60,000 nt of DNA from Laetmonice hystrix (taxonomy: Eukaryota). A program made the position numbers and the translations under genes. The stretch spans positions 12,960,001-13,020,000 of the forward strand of contig OZ249436.1 in assembly GCA_965235115.1 (NCBI GenBank), in the 5' to 3' direction. Shown here piece by piece: positions 40,701 through 54,950 of this stretch; within the stretch, counting starts at the first letter, position 1; every line of letters starts with the position of its first letter. The notes beneath the pieces are model-generated. The model did not search any database. It was not told the origin of the DNA and was given only the letters and a program-made list of their open reading frames with translations.

Positions 40701-43700
40701 CACCAGGGTGCGGTACTGAAGGGTCCGACTGCACTGCCACCTTCCGGCTAACGATGTAATCACCACCTTAGACCTGGCCGGGCTGGCAGGCACGTATGGC
40801 GCTTAAGGGAGAGACAGGTTTATGCAATGATAAGCGAAAAATGGCTTTATTTTTGATACGTCAAATTGAAATTACCCCCTGCAAAATTATGATTGTTAGG
40901 CCAGATGTATAACTGTCACCCGTATAGGTCTCGTACGTTCGCTAGAGATAAATGGTTGTGATATGTCTACTTCCCATTTGAGTATCTTCTCCAAATTTTA
41001 ACATTAGATGCGCCTCGCCTATACCTTTCATTTCTACTACCTCACTGAATTGTTTGCATGGGTAGTAGGCCAGCCGATCAGATGTAGGGACTTCTCAGTG
41101 TACTGTTTGGCCTCTCATAGTGCTTGTCCTCACAGTATACGGTTTGGCCTCACTGTACTGTTCGGCCTCACTGTAGTGTTTGCTTGGGTATTAGGCAAGG
41201 CAGTACCTTGTAGGGATTCGTCACTGTACTGTTTGGCCTCCCTGTACTCTTTGGCCTCACTGTACTGTTTGCTTCTACAACTGTCGCCAGTAATATAGGG
41301 ACGCCTCATGTTTCATGTTTCCATGCCTTTATTGTCCAAGAGGCAGGCCATCCGTTTCGTCCATCATTTAGGCCTACTCCCATGTAATGTGTGTCCCCTA
41401 CTGACCACCTGTAAGCGTCCGACAACGTTGTATGGTAGACCCAGTGGATGTTTGCCGTAAAGACCTAATTAACAAAGGCAAATGACGTTGTTCGCCTTTC
41501 TATATCAGATATCCCATCCCAAGTAGAAACGGATGACAGAGATGTTGCAAGCAAACACCAGGGTGCGGTACTAAAGGGTCCGACTGCACTGCCACCTTCC
41601 GACTACCGATGTAATCACCACCTTAGACCTGGCCGGGCTGGCAGGCACGTATGGCGCTTAGGGGAAAGACAGGTTTATGCAATGATAAGCGAAAAATGGC
41701 TTCATTTTTGATACGTCAAATTGAAATTTGCCCCCAAAATTATGATTGTTAGGCCAGATGTATAACTGTCAACCGTATAGGTCTCGTACGTTCGCTTTAG
41801 ATAAATGGTTGTGATATGTCTACTTCCCATTTGAGTATCTTCTCCAAATTTTAACATTAGATGCCCCTCGCCTATACCTTTCATTTCCACTACCTCACTG
41901 AACTGTTTGCATGGGTAGTAGGCCAGCCTATCAGATGTAGGGACTTCTCAGTATACTGTTTGGCCTCTCATAGTGCTTGTCCTCACAGTATACGGTTTGG
42001 CCTCACTGTACTGTTCGGCCTCACTGTAGTGTTTCCTTGGGTACTAGGCAAGGCAGTACCTTGTAGGGATTCGTCACTGTACTGTTTGGCCTCCCTGTAC
42101 TCTTGGGCCTCACTGTACTGTTTGCTTCTATACAACTGTCGCCAGTAATATAGGGACGCCTCATGTTGCATGTTTCCATGCCTTTATTGTCCAAGAGGCA
42201 GGCCATCCGTTTCGTCCATCATTTACTCCCATGTAATCTGTGTCCCCTACTGACCACCTGTAAGCGTCCGACAACGTTGTATGGTAGACCCAGTGGATGT
42301 TTGCCGTAAAGACTTAATTAACAAAGGCAAATGACGTTGTTCGCCTTTCTATATCAGATATCCCATCCCAAGTAGAAACAGATGGCAGAGATGTTGCAAG
42401 CAAACACCATGGTGCGGTACTGAAGGGTCCGACTGCACTGCCACCTTCCGGCTACCGATGTAATCACCACCTTAGACCTGGCTGGGCTGGCAGGCACGTA
42501 TGGCGCTTAGGGGAGAGACAGGTTTATGCAATGATAAGCGAAAAATGGCTTCATTTTTGATACGTCAAATTGAAATTACGGCCCAAAATTATGATTGTTA
42601 GGCCAGATGTATAACTGTCAACCGTATAGATCTCGTACGTTCGCTATATGATATGTCTACTTCCCATTTGAGTATCTTCTCCAAATTTTAGCATTAGATA
42701 CCCTCGCCTATACCTTTCTTTTCCACTACCTCACTGAACTGTTTGCATGGGTAGTAGGCCAGCCTATCAGATGTAGGAACCTCTCAGTGTACTGTTTGGC
42801 CTCTCATAGTGCTTGTCCTCACAGCATACGGTTTGGCCTCACTGTACTGTTCGGCCTCACTGTAGTGTCTGCTGGGGTATTAGGCAAGGCAGTACCTTGT
42901 AGGGATTCGTCACTGTACTGTTTGGCCTCCCTGTACCCTTGAGCCTCACTGTACTGTTTGCTTCTACAACTGTCGCCAGTAATATAGGGACGCCTCAGTC
43001 ATGTTTCATGTTTCCATGCCTTTATTGTCCAAGAGGCAGGCCATCCGTTTCATCCATCATTTACTCCCATGTAATCTGTGTCCCCTACTGACCACCTGTA
43101 AGCGTCCGACAACGTTGTATGGTAGACCCAGTGGATGTTTGCCGTAAAGACTTAATTAACAATGACAAATGACGTTGTTCCCCTTTCTATATCAGATATC
43201 CCATCCCCAAGTAGAAACGAATGACAGAGATGTTGCAAGCAAACACCAGGGTGCGGTACTGAAGGGTCCGACTGCACTGCCACCTTCCGGCTACCGATGT
43301 AATCACCACCTTAGACCTGGCCGGGCTGGCAGGCACGTATGGCGCCTAGGGGAGAGACAGGTTTATGCAATGATAAGCGAAAAATGGCTTCATTTTTGAT
43401 ACGTCAAATTGAAATTACGCCCCCAAAATTATGATTGTTAGGCCAGATGTATAACTGTCACTGTTATAGGTCTCGTACGTTCGCTATAGATAAATGGTTG
43501 TGATATGTCTACTTCCCATTTGAGTATCTTCTCCAAATTTTAACATTAGATGCCCCTCGGCTATACCTTTCATTTCCACTACCTCACTGAACTGTTTGCA
43601 TCGGTAGTAGGCCAGCCGATAGGATGTAGGGACGTCCCAGTGTACTGTTTGGCCTCTCATAGTGCTTGTCCTCACAGTATACGGTTTGGCCTCACTGTAC

Positions 43701-44398
43701 TGTTCGGCCTCACTGTAGTGTTTGCTTGGGTATTAGGCAAGGTAGTACCACCTTGTAGGGATTCGTCACTGTACTGTTTGGCCTCCCTGTACTCTTGGGC
43801 CTCACTGTACTGTTTGCTTCTACAACTGTCGCCAGTAATATAGGGACGCCTCATGTTTCATGTTTCCATGCCTTTATTGTCCAAGAGGCAGGCCATCCGT
43901 TTCGTCCATCATTTAGGCCTACTCCCATGTAATGTGTGTCCCCTACTGACCACCTGTAAGCGTCCGACAACGTTGTATGGTAGACCCAGTGGATGTTTGC
44001 CGTAAAGACCTAATTAACAAAGGCAAATGACGTTGTTCGCCTTTCTATATCAGATATCCCATCCCAAGTAGAAACGGATGACAGAGATGTTGCAAGCAAA
44101 CACCAGGGTGCGGTACTAAAGGGTCCGACTGCACTGCCACCTTCCGACTACCGATGTAATCACCACCTTAGACCTGGCCGGGCTGGCAGGCACGTATGGC
44201 GCCTTGGGGAGAGACAGGTTTATGCAATGATAAGCGAAAAATGGCTTCATTTTTGATACGTCAAATTGAAATTTGCCCCCAAAATTATGATTGTTAGGCC
44301 AGATGTATAACTGTCAACCGTATAGGTCGCGTACGTTCGCTTTAGATAAATGGTTGTGATATGTCTACTTCCCATTTGAGTATCTTCTCCAAATTTTA
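25702..44398. repeat. 9,348-bp (11-monomer) tandem duplication, two copies of A-B-CD-CD-A-B-C-D-A-B-CD
   Basis: All anchors pair at +9,348 (25710/35058, 27399/36747, 28255/37603, 29111/38459, 30800/40148, 31660/41008, 32513/41861, 34202/43550). Private SNPs are shared at 29704/39052 and 34981/44329. Confidence 0.92.
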
Positions 44399-45545
44399 GC
44401 ATTAGATACCCTCGCCTATACCTTTCTTTTCCACTACCTCACTGAACTGTTTGCATGGGTAGTAGGCCAGCCTATCAGATGTAGGGACTTCTCAGTGTAC
44501 TGTTTGGCCTCTCATAGTGCTTGTCCTCACAGTATACGGTTTGGCCTCACTGTACTGTTCGGCCTCACTGTAGTGTTTGCTTGGGTACTAGGCAATGCAG
44601 TACCTTGTAGGGATTCGTCACTGTACTGTTTGGCCTCCCTGTACTCTTGGGCCTCACTGTACTGTTTGCTTCTATACAACTGTCGCCAGTAATATAGGGA
44701 CGCCTCATGTTGCATGTTTCCATGCCTTTATTGTCCAAGAGGCAGGCCATCCGTTTCGTCCATCATTTACTCCCATGTAATCTGTGTCCCCTACTGACCA
44801 CCTGTAAGCGTCCGACAACGTTGTATGGTAGACCCAGTGGATGTTTGCCGTAAAGACTTAATTAACAAAGGCAAATGACGTTGTTCGCCTTTCTATATCA
44901 GATATCCCATCCCAAGTAGAAACAGATGGCAGAGATGTTGCAAGCAAACACCATGGTGCGGTACTGAAGGGTCCGACTGCACTGCCACCTTCCGGCTACC
45001 GATGTAATCACCACCTTAGACCTGGCTGGGCTGGCAGGCACGTATGGCGCTTAGGGGAGAGACAGGTTTATGCAATGATAAGCGAAAAATGGCTTCATTT
45101 TTGATACGTCAAATTGAAATTACGGCCCAAAATTATGATTGTTAGGCCAGATGTATAACTGTCAACCGTATAGATCTCGTACGTTCGCTATATGATATGT
45201 CTACTTCCCATTTGAGTATCTTCTCCAAATTTTAGCATTAGATACCCTCGCCTATACCTTTCTTTTCCACTACCTCACTGAACTGTTTGCATGGGTAGTA
45301 GGCCAGCCTATCAGATGTAGGAACCTCTCAGTGTACTGTTTGGCCTCTCATAGTGCTTGTCCTCACAGCATACGGTTTGGCCTCACTGTACTGTTCGGCC
45401 TCACTGTAGTGTCTGCTGGGGTATTAGGCAAGGCAGTACCTTGTAGGGATTCGTCACTGTACTGTTTGGCCTCCCTGTACCCTTGAGCCTCACTGTACTG
45501 TTTGCTTCTACAACTGTCGCCAGTAATATAGGGACGCCTCAGTCA

Positions 45546-48500
45546 TGTTTCATGTTTCCATGCCTTTATTGTCCAAGAGGCAGGCCATCCGTTTCATCCA
45601 TCATTTACTCCCATGTAATCTGTGTCCCCTACTGACCACCTGTAAGCGTCCGACAACGTTGTATGGTAGACCCAGTGGATGTTTGCCGTAAAGACTTAAT
45701 TAACAATGACAAATGACGTTGTTCCCCTTTCTAAATCAGATATCCCATCCCCAAGTAGAAACGAATGACAGAGATGTTGCAAGCAAACACCAGGGTGCGG
45801 TACTGAAGGGTCCGACTGCACTGCCACCTTCCGGCTACCGATGTAATCACCACCTTAGACCTGGCCGGGCTGGCAGGCACGTATGGCGCCTAGGGGAGAG
45901 ACAGGTTTATGCAATGATAAGCGAAAAATGGCTTCATTTTTGATACGTCAAATTGAAATTACGCCCCCAAAATTATGATTGTTAGGCCAGATGTATAACT
46001 GTCACTCTTATAGGTCTCGTACGTTCGCTATAGATAAATGGTTGTGATATGTCTACTTCCAATTTGAGTATCTTCTCCAAATTTTAACATTAGATGCCCC
46101 TCGCCTATACCTTTCACTTCCACTACCTCACTGAACTGTTTGCATCGGTAGTAGGCCAGCCGATACGATGTAGGGACGTCCCAGTGTACTGTTTGGCCTC
46201 TCATAGTGCTTGTCCTCACAGTATACGGTTTGGCCTCACTGTACTGTTCGGCCTCACTGTAGTGTTTGCTTGGGTATTAGGCAAGGTAGTACCACCTTGT
46301 AGGGATTCGTCACTGTACTGTTTGGCCTCCCTGTACTCTTTGGCCTCACTGTACTGTTTGCTTCTATACAACTGTCGCCAGTAATATATGGACGCCTCAT
46401 GTTTCATGTTTCCATGCCTTTATTGTCCAAGAGGCAGGCCATCCGTTTCGTCCATCATTTAGGCCTACTCCCATGTAATGTGTGTCCCCTACTGACCACC
46501 TGTAAGCGTCCGACAACGTTGTATGGTAGACCCAGTGGATGTTTGCCGTAAAGACCTAATTATCAAAGGCAAATGACGTTGTTCCCCTTTCTATATCAGA
46601 TATCCCATCCCAAGTAGAAACAGATGGCAGAGATGTTGCAGGCAAACACCAGGGTGCGGTACTGAAGGGTCCGACTGCACTGCCACCTTCCGGCTAACGA
46701 TGTAATCACCACCTTAGACCTGGCCGGGCTGGCAGGCACGTATGGCGCTTAAGGGAGAGACAGGTTTATGCAATGATAAGCGAAAAATGGCTTTATTTTT
46801 GATACGTCAAATTGAAATTACCCCCTGCAAAATTATGATTGTTAGGCCAGATGTATAACTGTCACCCGTATAGGTCTCGTACGTTCGCTAGAGATAAATG
46901 GTTGTGATATGTCTACTTCCCATTTGAGTATCTTCTCCAAATTTTAACATTAGATGCGCCTCGCCTATACCTTTCATTTCTACTACCTCACTGAATTGTT
47001 TGCATGGGTAGTAGGCCAGCCGATCAGATGTAGGGACTTCTCAGTGTACTGTTTGGCCTCTCATAGTGCTTGTCCTCACAGTATACGGTTTGGCCTCACT
47101 GTACTGTTCGGCCTCACTGTAGTGTTTGCTTGGGTATTAGGCAAGGCAGTACCTTGTAGGGATTCGTCACTGTACTGTTTGGCCTCCCTGTACTCTTGGG
47201 CCTCACTGTACTGTTTGCTTCTACAACTGTCGCCAGTAATATAGGGACGCCTCATGTTTCATGTTTCCATGCCTTTATTGTCCAAGAGGCAGGCCATCCG
47301 TTTCGTCCATCATTTAGGCCTACTCCCATGTAATGTGTGTCCCCTACTGACCACCTGTAAGCGTCCGACAACGTTGTATGGTAGACCCAGTGGATGTTTG
47401 CCGTAAAGACCTAATTAACAAAGGCAAATGACGTTGTTCGCCTTTCTATATCAGATATCCCATCCCAAGTAGAAACGGATGACAGAGATGTTGCAAGCAA
47501 ACACCAGGGTGCGGTACTAAAGGGTCCGACTGCACTGCCACCTTCCGACTACCGATGTAATCACCACCTTAGACCTGGCCGGGCTGGCAGGCACGTATGG
47601 CGCTTAGGGGAAAGACAGGTTTATGCAATGATAAGCGAAAAATGGCTTCATTTTTGATACGTCAAATTGAAATTTGCCCCCAAAATTATGATTGTTAGGC
47701 CAGATGTATAACTGTCAACCGTATAGGTCTCGTACGTTCGCTTTAGATAAATGGTTGTGATATGTCTACTTCCCATTTGAGTATCTTCTCCAAATTTTAA
47801 CATTAGATGCCCCTCGCCTATACCTTTCATTTCCACTACCTCACTGAACTGTTTGCATGGGTAGTAGGCCAGCCTATCAGATGTAGGGACTTCTCAGTAT
47901 ACTGTTTGGCCTCTCATAGTGCTTGTCCTCACAGTATACGGTTTGGCCTCACTGTACTGTTCGGCCTCACTGTAGTGTTTCCTTGGGTACTAGGCAAGGC
48001 AGTACCTTGTAGGGATTCGTCACTGTACTGTTTGGCCTCCCTGTACTCTTGGGCCTCACTGTACTGTTTGCTTCTATACAACTGTCGCCAGTAATATAGG
48101 GACGCCTCATGTTTCATGTTTCCATGCCTTTATTGTCCAAGAGGCAGGCCATCCGTTTCATCCATCATTTACTCCCATGTAATCTGTGTCCCCTACTGAC
48201 CACCTGTAAGCGTCCGACAACGTTGTATGGTAGACCCAGTGGATGTTTGCCGTAAAGACTTAATTAACAATGACAAATGACGTTGTTCCCCTTTCTAAAT
48301 CAGATATCCCATCCCCAAGTAGAAACGAATGACAGAGATGTTGCAAGCAAACACCAGGGTGCGGTACTGAAGGGTCCGACTGCACTGCCACCTTCCGGCT
48401 ACCGATGTAATCACCACCTTAGACCTGGCCGGGCTGGCAGGCACGTATGGCGCCTAGGGGAGAGACAGGTTTATGCAATGATAAGCGAAAAATGGCTTCA

Positions 48501-50674
48501 TTTTTGATACGTCAAATTGAAATTACGCCCCCAAAATTATGATTGTTAGGCCAGATGTATAACTGTCACTCTTATAGGTCTCGTACGTTCGCTATAGATA
48601 AATGGTTGTGATATGTCTACTTCCAATTTGAGTATCTTCTCCAAATTTTAACATTAGATGCCCCTCGCCTATACCTTTCACTTCCACTACCTCACTGAAC
48701 TGTTTGCATCGGTAGTAGGCCAGCCGATACGATGTAGGGACGTCCCAGTGTACTGTTTGGCCTCTCATAGTGCTTGTCCTCACAGTATACGGTTTGGCCT
48801 CACTGTACTGTTCGGCCTCACTGTAGTGTTTGCTTGGGTATTAGGCAAGGTAGTACCACCTTGTAGGGATTCGTCACTGTACTGTTTGGCCTCCCTGTAC
48901 TCTTTGGCCTCACTGTACTGTTTGCTTCTATACAACTGTCGCCAGTAATATATGGACGCCTCATGTTTCATGTTTCCATGCCTTTATTGTCCAAGAGGCA
49001 GGCCATCCGTTTCGTCCATCATTTAGGCCTACTCCCATGTAATGTGTGTCCCCTACTGACCACCTGTAAGCGTCCGACAACGTTGTATGGTAGACCCAGT
49101 GGATGTTTGCCGTAAAGACCTAATTATCAAAGGCAAATGACGTTGTTCCCCTTTCTATATCAGATATCCCATCCCAAGTAGAAACAGATGGCAGAGATGT
49201 TGCAGGCAAACACCAGGGTGCGGTACTGAAGGGTCCGACTGCACTGCCACCTTCCGGCTAACGATGTAATCACCACCTTAGACCTGGCCGGGCTGGCAGG
49301 CACGTATGGCGCTTAAGGGAGAGACAGGTTTATGCAATGATAAGCGAAAAATGGCTTTATTTTTGATACGTCAAATTGAAATTACCCCCTGCAAAATTAT
49401 GATTGTTAGGCCAGATGTATAACTGTCACCCGTATAGGTCTCGTACGTTCGCTAGAGATAAATGGTTGTGATATGTCTACTTCCCATTTGAGTATCTTCT
49501 CCAAATTTTAACATTAGATGCGCCTCGCCTATACCTTTCATTTCTACTACCTCACTGAATTGTTTGCATGGGTAGTAGGCCAGCCGATCAGATGTAGGGA
49601 CTTCTCAGTGTACTGTTTGGCCTCTCATAGTGCTTGTCCTCACAGTATACGGTTTGGCCTCACTGTACTGTTCGGCCTCACTGTAGTGTTTGCTTGGGTA
49701 CTAGGCAAGGCAGTACCTTGTAGGGATTCGTCACTGTACTGTTTGGCCTCCCTGTACTCTTGGGCCTCACTGTACTGTTTGCTTCTACAACTGTCGCCAG
49801 TAATATAGGGACGCCTCATGTTTCATGTTTCCATGCCTTTATTGTCCAAGAGGCAGGCCATCCGTTTCGTCCATCATTTAGGCCTACTCCCATGTAATGT
49901 GTGTCCCCTACTGACCACCTGTAAGCGTCCGACAACGTTGTATGGTAGACCCAGTGGATGTTTGCCGTAAAGACCTAATTAACAAAGGCAAATGACGTTG
50001 TTCGCCTTTCTATATCAGATATCCCATCCCAAGTAGAAACGGATGACAGAGATGTTGCAAGCAAACACCAGGGTGCGGTACTAAAGGGTCCGACTGCACT
50101 GCCACCTTCCGACTACCGATGTAATCACCACCTTAGACCTGGCCGGGCTGGCAGGCACGTATGGCGCTTAGGGGAAAGACAGGTTTATGCAATGATAAGC
50201 GAAAAATGGCTTCATTTTTGATACGTCAAATTGAAATTTGCCCCCAAAATTATGATTGTTAGGCCAGATGTATAACTGTCAACCGTATAGGTCTCGTACG
50301 TTCGCTTTAGATAAATGGTTGTGATATGTCTACTTCCCATTTGAGTATCTTCTCCAAATTTTAACATTAGATGCCCCTCGCCTATACCTTTCATTTCCAC
50401 TACCTCACTGAACTGTTTGCATGGGTAGTAGGCCAGCCTATCAGATGTAGGGACTTCTCAGTATACTGTTTGGCCTCTCATAGTGCTTGTCCTCACAGTA
50501 TACGGTTTGGCCTCACTGTACTGTTCGGCCTCACTGTAGTGTTTCCTTGGGTACTAGGCAAGGCAGTACCTTGTAGGGATTCGTCACTGTACTGTTTGGC
50601 CTCCCTGTACTCTTGGGCCTCACTGTACTGTTTGCTTCTATACAACTGTCGCCAGTAATATAGGGACGCCTCAT
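45546..50674. repeat. 2,564-bp (3-monomer) tandem duplication, junction at ~48,110-48,150; limits approximate
   Basis: Anchors pair as 46094/48658, 46954/49518 and 47807/50371. The private SNP CGATACGATG occurs only at 46166 and 48730. Confidence 0.88.
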
Positions 50675-51459
50675 GTTGCATGTTTCCATGCCTTTATTGT
50701 CCAAGAGGCAGGCCATCCGTTTCGTCCATCATTTACTCCCATGTAATCTGTGTCCCCTACTGACCACCTGTAAGCGTCCGACAACGTTGTATGGTAGACC
50801 CAGTGGATGTTTGCCGTAAAGACTTAATTAACAAAGGCAAATGACGTTGTTCGCCTTTCTATATCAGATATCCCATCCCAAGTAGAAACAGATGGCAGAG
50901 ATGTTGCAAGCAAACACCATGGTGCGGTACTGAAGGGTCCGACTGCACTGCCACCTTCCGGCTACCGATGTAATCACCACCTTAGACCTGGCTGGGCTGG
51001 CAGGCACGTATGGCGCTTAGGGGAGAGACAGGTTTATGCAATGATAAGCGAAAAATGGCTTCATTTTTGATACGTCAAATTGAAATTACGACCCAAAATT
51101 ATGATTGTTAGGCCAGATGTATAACTGTCAACCGTATAGATCTCGTACGTTCGCTATATGATATGTCTACTTCCCATTTGAGTATCTTCTCCAAATTTTA
51201 GCATTAGATACCCTCGCCTATACCTTTCTTTTCCACTACCTCACTGAACTGTTTGCATGGGTAGTAGGCCAGCCTATCAGATGTAGGAACCTCTCAGTGT
51301 ACTGTTTGGCCTCTCATAGTGCTTGTCCTCACAGCATACGGTTTGGCCTCACTGTACTGTTCGGCCTCACTGTAGTGTCTGCTGGGGTATTAGGCAAGGC
51401 AGTACCTTGTAGGGATTCGTCACTGTACTGTTTGGCCTCCCTGTACCCTTGAGCCTCAC

Positions 51460-54400
51460 TGTACTGTTTGCTTCTACAACTGTCGCCAGTAATATAGGGA
51501 CGCCTCAGTCATGTTTCATGTTTCCATGCCTTTATTGTCCAAGAGGCAGGCCATCCGTTTCATCCATCATTTACTCCCATGTAATCTGTGTCCCCTACTG
51601 ACCACCTGTAAGCGTCCGACAACGTTGTATGGTAGACCCAGTGGATGTTTGCCGTAAAGACTTAATTAACAATGACAAATGACGTTGTTCCCCTTTCTAT
51701 ATCAGATATCCCATCCCCAAGTAGAAACGAATGACAGAGATGTTGCAAGCAAACACCAGGGTGCGGTACTGAAGGGTCCGACTGCACTGCCACCTTCCGG
51801 CTACCGATGTAATCACCACCTTAGACCTGGCCGGGCTGGCAGGCACGTATGGCGCCTAGGGGAGAGACAGGTTTATGCAATGATAAGCGAAAAATGGCTT
51901 CATTTTTGATACGTCAAATTGAAATTACGCCCCCAAAATTATGATTGTTAGGCCAGATGTATAACTGTCACTGTTATAGGTCTCGTACGTTCGCTATAGA
52001 TAAATGGTTGTGATATGTCTACTTCCCATTTGAGTATCTTCTCCAAATTTTAACATTAGATGCCCCTCGGCTATACCTTTCATTTCCACTACCTCACTGA
52101 ACTGTTTGCATCGGTAGTAGGCCAGCCGATAGGATGTAGGGACGTCCCAGTGTACTGTTTGGCCTCTCATAGTGCTTGTCCTCACAGTATACGGTTTGGC
52201 CTCACTGTACTGTTCGGCCTCACTGTAGTGTTTGCTTGGGTATTAGGCAAGGTAGTACCACCTTGTAGGGATTCGTCACTGTACTGTTTGGCCTCCCTGT
52301 ACTCTTGGGCCTCACTGTACTGTTTGCTTCTACAACTGTCGCCAGTAATATAGGGACGCCTCATGTTTCATGTTTCCATGCCTTTATTGTCCAAGAGGCA
52401 GGCCATCCGTTTCGTCCATCATTTAGGCCTACTCCCATGTAATGTGTGTCCCCTACTGACCACCTGTAAGCGTCCGACAACGTTGTATGGTAGACCCAGT
52501 GGATGTTTGCCGTAAAGACTTAATTAACAAAGGCAAATGACGTTGTTCGCCTTTCTATATCAGATATCCCATCCCAAGTAGAAACAGATGGCAGAGATGT
52601 TGCAAGCAAACACCATGGTGCGGTACTGAAGGGTCCGACTGCACTGCCACCTTCCGGCTACCGATGTAATCACCACCTTAGACCTGGCTGGGCTGGCAGG
52701 CACGTATGGCGCTTAGGGGAGAGACAGGTTTATGCAATGATAAGCGAAAAATGGCTTCATTTTTGATACGTCAAATTGAAATTACGGCCCAAAATTATGA
52801 TTGTTAGGCCAGATGTATAACTGTCAACCGTATAGATCTCGTACGTTCGCTATATGATATGTCTACTTCCCATTTGAGTATCTTCTCCAAATTTTAGCAT
52901 TAGATACCCTCGCCTATACCTTTCTTTTCCACTACCTCACTGAACTGTTTGCATGGGTAGTAGGCCAGCCTATCAGATGTAGGAACCTCTCAGTGTACTG
53001 TTTGGCCTCTAGTAGTGCTTGTCCTCACAGCATACGGTTTGGCCTCACTGTACTGTTCGGCCTCACTGTAGTGTCTGCTGGGGTATTAGGCAAGGCAGTA
53101 CCTTGTAGGGATTCGTCACTGTACTGTTTGGCCTCCCTGTACCCTTAAGCCTCACTGTACTGTTTGCTTCTACAACTGTCGCCAGTAATATAGGGACGCC
53201 TCAGTCATGTTTCATGTTTCCATGCCTTTATTGTCCAAGAGGCAGGCCATCCGTTTCATCCATCATTTACTCCCATGTAATCTGTGTCCCCTACTGACCA
53301 CCTGTAAGCGTCCGACAACGTTGTATGGTAGACCCAGTGGATGTTTGCCGTAAAGACTTAATTAACAATGACAAATGACGTTGTTCCCCTTTCTATATCA
53401 GATATCCCATCCCCAAGTAGAAACGAATGACAGAGATGTTGCAAGCAAACACCAGGGTGCGGTACTGAAGGGTCCGACTGCACTGCCACCTTCCGGCTAC
53501 CGATGTAATCACCACCTTAGACCTGGCCGGGCTGGCAGGCACGTATGGCGCCTAGGGGAGAGACAGGTTTATGCAATGATAAGCGAAAAATGGCTTCATT
53601 TTTGATACGTCAAATTGAAATTACGCCCCCAAAATTATGATTGTTAGGCCAGATGTATAACTGTCACTGTTATAGGTCTCGTACGTTCGCTATAGATAAA
53701 TGGTTGTGATATGTCTACTTCCCATTTGAGTATCTTCTCCAAATTTTAACATTAGATGCCCCTCGGCTATACCTTTCATTTCCACTACCTCACTGAACTG
53801 TTTGCATCGGTAGTAGGCCAGCCGATAGGATGTAGGGACGTCCCAGTGTACTGTTTGGCCTCTCATAGTGCTTGTCCTCACAGTATACGGTTTGGCCTCA
53901 CTGTACTGTTCGGCCTCACTGTAGTGTTTGCTTGGGTATTAGGCAAGGTAGTACCACCTTGTAGGGATTCGTCACTGTACTGTTTGGCCTCCCTGTACTC
54001 TTGGGCCTCACTGTACTGTTTGCTTCTACAACTGTCGCCAGTAATATAGGGACGCCTCATGTTTCATGTTTCCATGCCTTTATTGTCCAAGAGGCAGGCC
54101 ATCCGTTTCGTCCATCATTTAGGCCTACTCCCATGTAATGTGTGTCCCCTACTGACCACCTGTAAGCGTCCGACAACGTTGTATGGTAGACCCAGTGGAT
54201 GTTTGCCGTAAAGACTTAATTAACAAAGGCAAATGACGTTGTTCGCCTTTCTATATCAGATATCCCATCCCAAGTAGAAACAGATGGCAGAGATGTTGCA
54301 AGCAAACACCATGGTGCGGTACTGAAGGGTCCGACTGCACTGCCACCTTCCGGCTACCGATGTAATCACCACCTTAGACCTGGCTGGGCTGGCAGGCACG

Positions 54401-54950
54401 TATGGCGCTTAGGGGAGAGACAGGTTTATGCAATGATAAGCGAAAAATGGCTTCATTTTTGATACGTCAAATTGAAATTACGGCCCAAAATTATGATTGT
54501 TAGGCCAGATGTATAACTGTCAACCGTATAGATCTCGTACGTTCGCTATATGATATGTCTACTTCCCATTTGAGTATCTTCTCCAAATTTTAGCATTAGA
54601 TACCCTCGCCTATACCTTTCTTTTCCACTACCTCACTGAACTGTTTGCATGGGTAGTAGGCCAGCCTATCAGATGTAGGAACCTCTCAGTGTACTGTTTG
54701 GCCTCTAGTAGTGCTTGTCCTCACAGCATACGGTTTGGCCTCACTGTACTGTTCGGCCTCACTGTAGTGTCTGCTGGGGTATTAGGCAAGGCAGTACCTT
54801 GTAGGGATTCGTCACTGTACTGTTTGGCCTCCCTGTACCCTTAAGCCTCACTGTACTGTTTGCTTCTACAACTGTCGCCAGTAATATAGGGACGCCTCAG
54901 TCATGTTTCATGTTTCCATGCCTTTATTGTCCAAGAGGCAGGCCATCCGT
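51460..54950. repeat. 1,696-bp (2-monomer) tandem duplication near the array end; limits approximate
   Basis: ORF starts fall at 51679/53375/55071 and 52060/53756. The private dinucleotide change CTCTAGTAGTG occurs at 53011 and 54707. Confidence 0.88.
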
